Shown piece by piece: positions 61,195-64,000 of a stretch of 64,000 nt of DNA. A model generated the notes under the pieces. That model was not told the DNA's origin, did not search any database, and worked only from the letters and a program-made list of their open reading frames with translations. The position numbers were made by a program, and so were the translations under genes. The DNA comes from Lytechinus pictus (Eukaryota), in assembly GCF_037042905.1 (NCBI RefSeq), contig NC_087252.1:2606001-2670000 (forward strand). The letters run 5' to 3'. Positions within the stretch are counted from its first letter, which is position 1. Each line of letters opens with the position of its first letter.

Positions 61195-62061
61195 CAATGT
61201 AAAAAAAAAAATATTGGGTAAAATGTTATCCAGCACGAGGGTAATTATGTGTCCAACCAATTTGGGGCAGTATTTTACCCAGTGCGGGAAGCATATTGTC
61301 CGGTAAGATTAAAACAAATAAGCAGCAATTACTTTAGAATGGGCAAAACTTTCATCACACTGGATTAAAGGTCAAGTCCACCCCAGAAAAATATTAATTT
61401 GAATATATAGAGAAAAAAAGAAAAAAAATCATGATATCATCAAAATCGGATGTAAAATAAGAAAGTCATGACATTTTATAGTTTCGCTTATTCATCACAA
61501 AACAGTAATATGTACAATTCAGTGACATCCAAATGAGACTGTCGATGATGTCCTTCACTCATTATTTATTTTGTTTTTTATTGTTAGAATTATACAATAT
61601 TTCATTTTTTACCTATTTGACAATAAGGACCAACTTAACTGAACCATATAGTATTAAATAATGCTAATTCCACGTGTTCAGGGAGGAATAAATTGTTGTT
61701 TCACTTGACAATGAGGAGAAAATTAAAACATTTCATGTTTCATATTATCATAAAAAACTAAAGAAATAGTGAATGGAAGACGTCATCAGTCTCCTCATAT
61801 GCATACCGACCAGGGTGTGCATATAACTGTTTTGTGAAATTAAGCAAAACTTTGAAATGTCATAACTTTCTTATTTTAGAACCGACTTTGATGAAATTTC
61901 CAGTGTTATGCTTGTTGGATTTTTCTCTTTTAATCAAATATTTTTTGTTGGGGTGGACTTGTCCTTTAATAAAAATTCCCACAAGAAATGCCCAATGTTG
62001 GTTGGACACATACATGTGATTACCCTCATGGAGCATTTTTACCCAATATTTTTTTAGAGTG
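61195..62061. mobile_element. CACTA-like MITE interrupted by a TTAA-flanked Kolobok-like MITE (61369-61965)
   Basis: Outer arms AAAAATATTGGGTAAAA...TTTTACCCAATATTTTTTTAGAGTG; inner TTAA|AGGTCAAGTCCACCCCA...TGGGGTGGACTTGTCCT|TTAA. Confidence 0.78.
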
Positions 62062-62450
62062 TTCGTACCTTCGCCAAGGCATATTTACTCCAATGATCAT
62101 TTGATGAATGCAATATACAGTCAAACATTTTTTGCGGCATTTTGCATATATCAAAGGCGTACTTGTAACTGATTTTTCATCAATATTTTGGGGGACAAAA
62201 TTTACATCTATTGCTTTTAATATAATTATTTATTTATTTATTTATTTTTATTTATTTATTTATTTATTTATTAAATAATTAATTAATTAATTGATCAATT
62301 TATCTACTTATTTCTTTTTTCATTAATATATTTATTTATTTACTCATATACATATTTATTTATTGGTTTATTTCTTTATCATTTTGTTATTCTATTTTCA
62401 ATTAATATTATCTATTAGCTTGTTTATAATATATTAATTTTGCTTTCATT

Positions 62451-62506
62451 CTATCTATCTATCTATCTATCTATCTATCAACCTATCTATCTATATATCT
62501 ATCAAC

Positions 62507-62566
<60 letters not shown>

Positions 62567-62754
62567 ATATTTATCTATCTATCTATCAACCTATCTATAT
62601 ATCTATCTATCTATCTATCAACCTATCTATCTACCTATCTATCTATCTATCTATCTATCAACCTATCTATCTACCTACCTATCTATCTATCTATCAACCT
62701 ATCTATCTACCTATCTATCTATCTATCTATCTATCTATTTATCTATCTATCTAT
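62451..62754 (+). repeat. (TATC)n microsatellite
   Basis: About 300 bp of CTAT repeats. Confidence 0.97.
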
Positions 62755-63059
62755 AGATTTAAAGCATTTCATTAGGGGCACTTAATACTCCATAGACACC
62801 CCCCCCCCCCCCTGCTCCTCCCGCCCATGTTAGTCGCCACGCCATTATGGCCATGTACCGAAAGACCTCGACACCCTTTAGCATGTACGCGAGTATCATC
62901 TTTTCCCGTTACATTATTCATAACTACATACTCATAATATTCTTACGATGTGATGAAGGGAATTTTCAGCGGAGCAGCCCTTGACCAAATTAACACTAGA
63001 GATTGTTGATGGGATATGTATAAGAAGAAAGGAAGATGGATGAGAAGCGGTCGAGAGTG

Positions 63060-63096
<37 letters not shown>

Positions 63097-63510
63097 TGGG
63101 GCCTGTTAGGAGTGATAGAGAGGTAGGGTAAGGGAGAGGGAGAGAGATGGGGGGGGGGGTAAGATTGAAAGAGGGTGAGGAAACAAAATGATACAGAGGG
63201 GGGAGGGGTCAGGTCAAAGAGACGAAAGCGATGAAAGTGGTCGGAAGGGGGAAGAGCATAATAATAATCGTAAAGAGAAAAAAAAATATGTACAGACAGC
63301 GGAAAATAATAAGAGGGATGAAGAGGGGAGGGGGTTAGGTGCTGGAGAGAGATGGGGAAAGTGGGTGGGAGAGAGAGAGGGGATGGGAGTGCGTGAGAAT
63401 GAAAAAAAAAAGAGAAAGGAGATCGGGGAAATAGGTATGTGTGTGTGAGAGATAAGGGAGAGAGAAAGAGAGAGAGAGGGGGAAGTGATAGAGAAAGAGG
63501 GAAGGGGTAA
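63060..63510 (+). repeat. (GA)n and polypurine low-complexity tract
   Basis: GA run at 63062-63090 within G/A-rich sequence. Confidence 0.8.
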
Positions 63511-64000
63511 ATAGTTTGCAGGGATCGCCGAGCATTTTTTACGGGAGGGGGGGGGCTACCTTTGCTAAAACTTAGAATAAGTTGATAATTATTACGTTTA
63601 TATGTTCACTGAAAAGAGAGTGACTGAAGCTACCTCCCTCCTCCCCCCCCCCCCCCGGTGCCTTGGGGCCTATGGCCCCTGGATTGGAGAGGGAGCATTG
63701 TGAGAGAGTGACCAACAAAATTTTGAGAAAGATGAAATAGAGAGGAGATAGAGAAAAGAGCAGGAAAGCTAAAGAGAGAGAGAGAGAACGAGGCACAGAC
63801 AGACGGCATGGAAGAAGGAAACGGGGGGGGGGGGGGTGTAACCTTTGATGCGTTCCTAAGTAATAGCATTTGAGTCATCACACAAGTAGATTTGATCAGT
63901 TAGGTTGTAGAAATATCAAAGCAACGACGTAAACATGGTAATGAACTGCCACAACCCGGAACTACAATGTTCATGTATAAGCAGTACCTTGGGCGAGGCT

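Noticed and set aside
62440..62775. 111-aa YLSI-repeat ORF
   Set aside because: Translation of the (TATC)n microsatellite.

Overview
AT-rich, intron- and repeat-rich animal genomic DNA. An invertebrate deuterostome such as a sea urchin is my inference and cannot be proven from the sequence. Two host genes converge tail to tail. (1) The last five coding exons of a SID-1 transmembrane family gene (SIDT1/2-like, + strand, 282-4050). (2) A complete CFAP44/WDR52 ciliary gene (- strand, 57831-9583), hand-assembled as 34 coding exons with GT-AG junctions and matching phases (5994 nt, about 1997 aa). It has one U12-type intron and RFX/NRF1-like motifs just upstream of the ATG. CFAP44 introns contain a near-complete Penelope-like retroelement (RT intact, GIY-YIG endonuclease doubly frameshifted) with a minimal hammerhead ribozyme in host-sense orientation, and a 9.5-kb PIF/Harbinger-like composite element that carries an ORF1-only internally deleted LINE. 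They also contain candidate in-frame microexons and decayed local copies of neighbouring exons. MITEs, SINE/LINE remnants and microsatellites occur throughout. All coordinates were read by hand and no database search was run.
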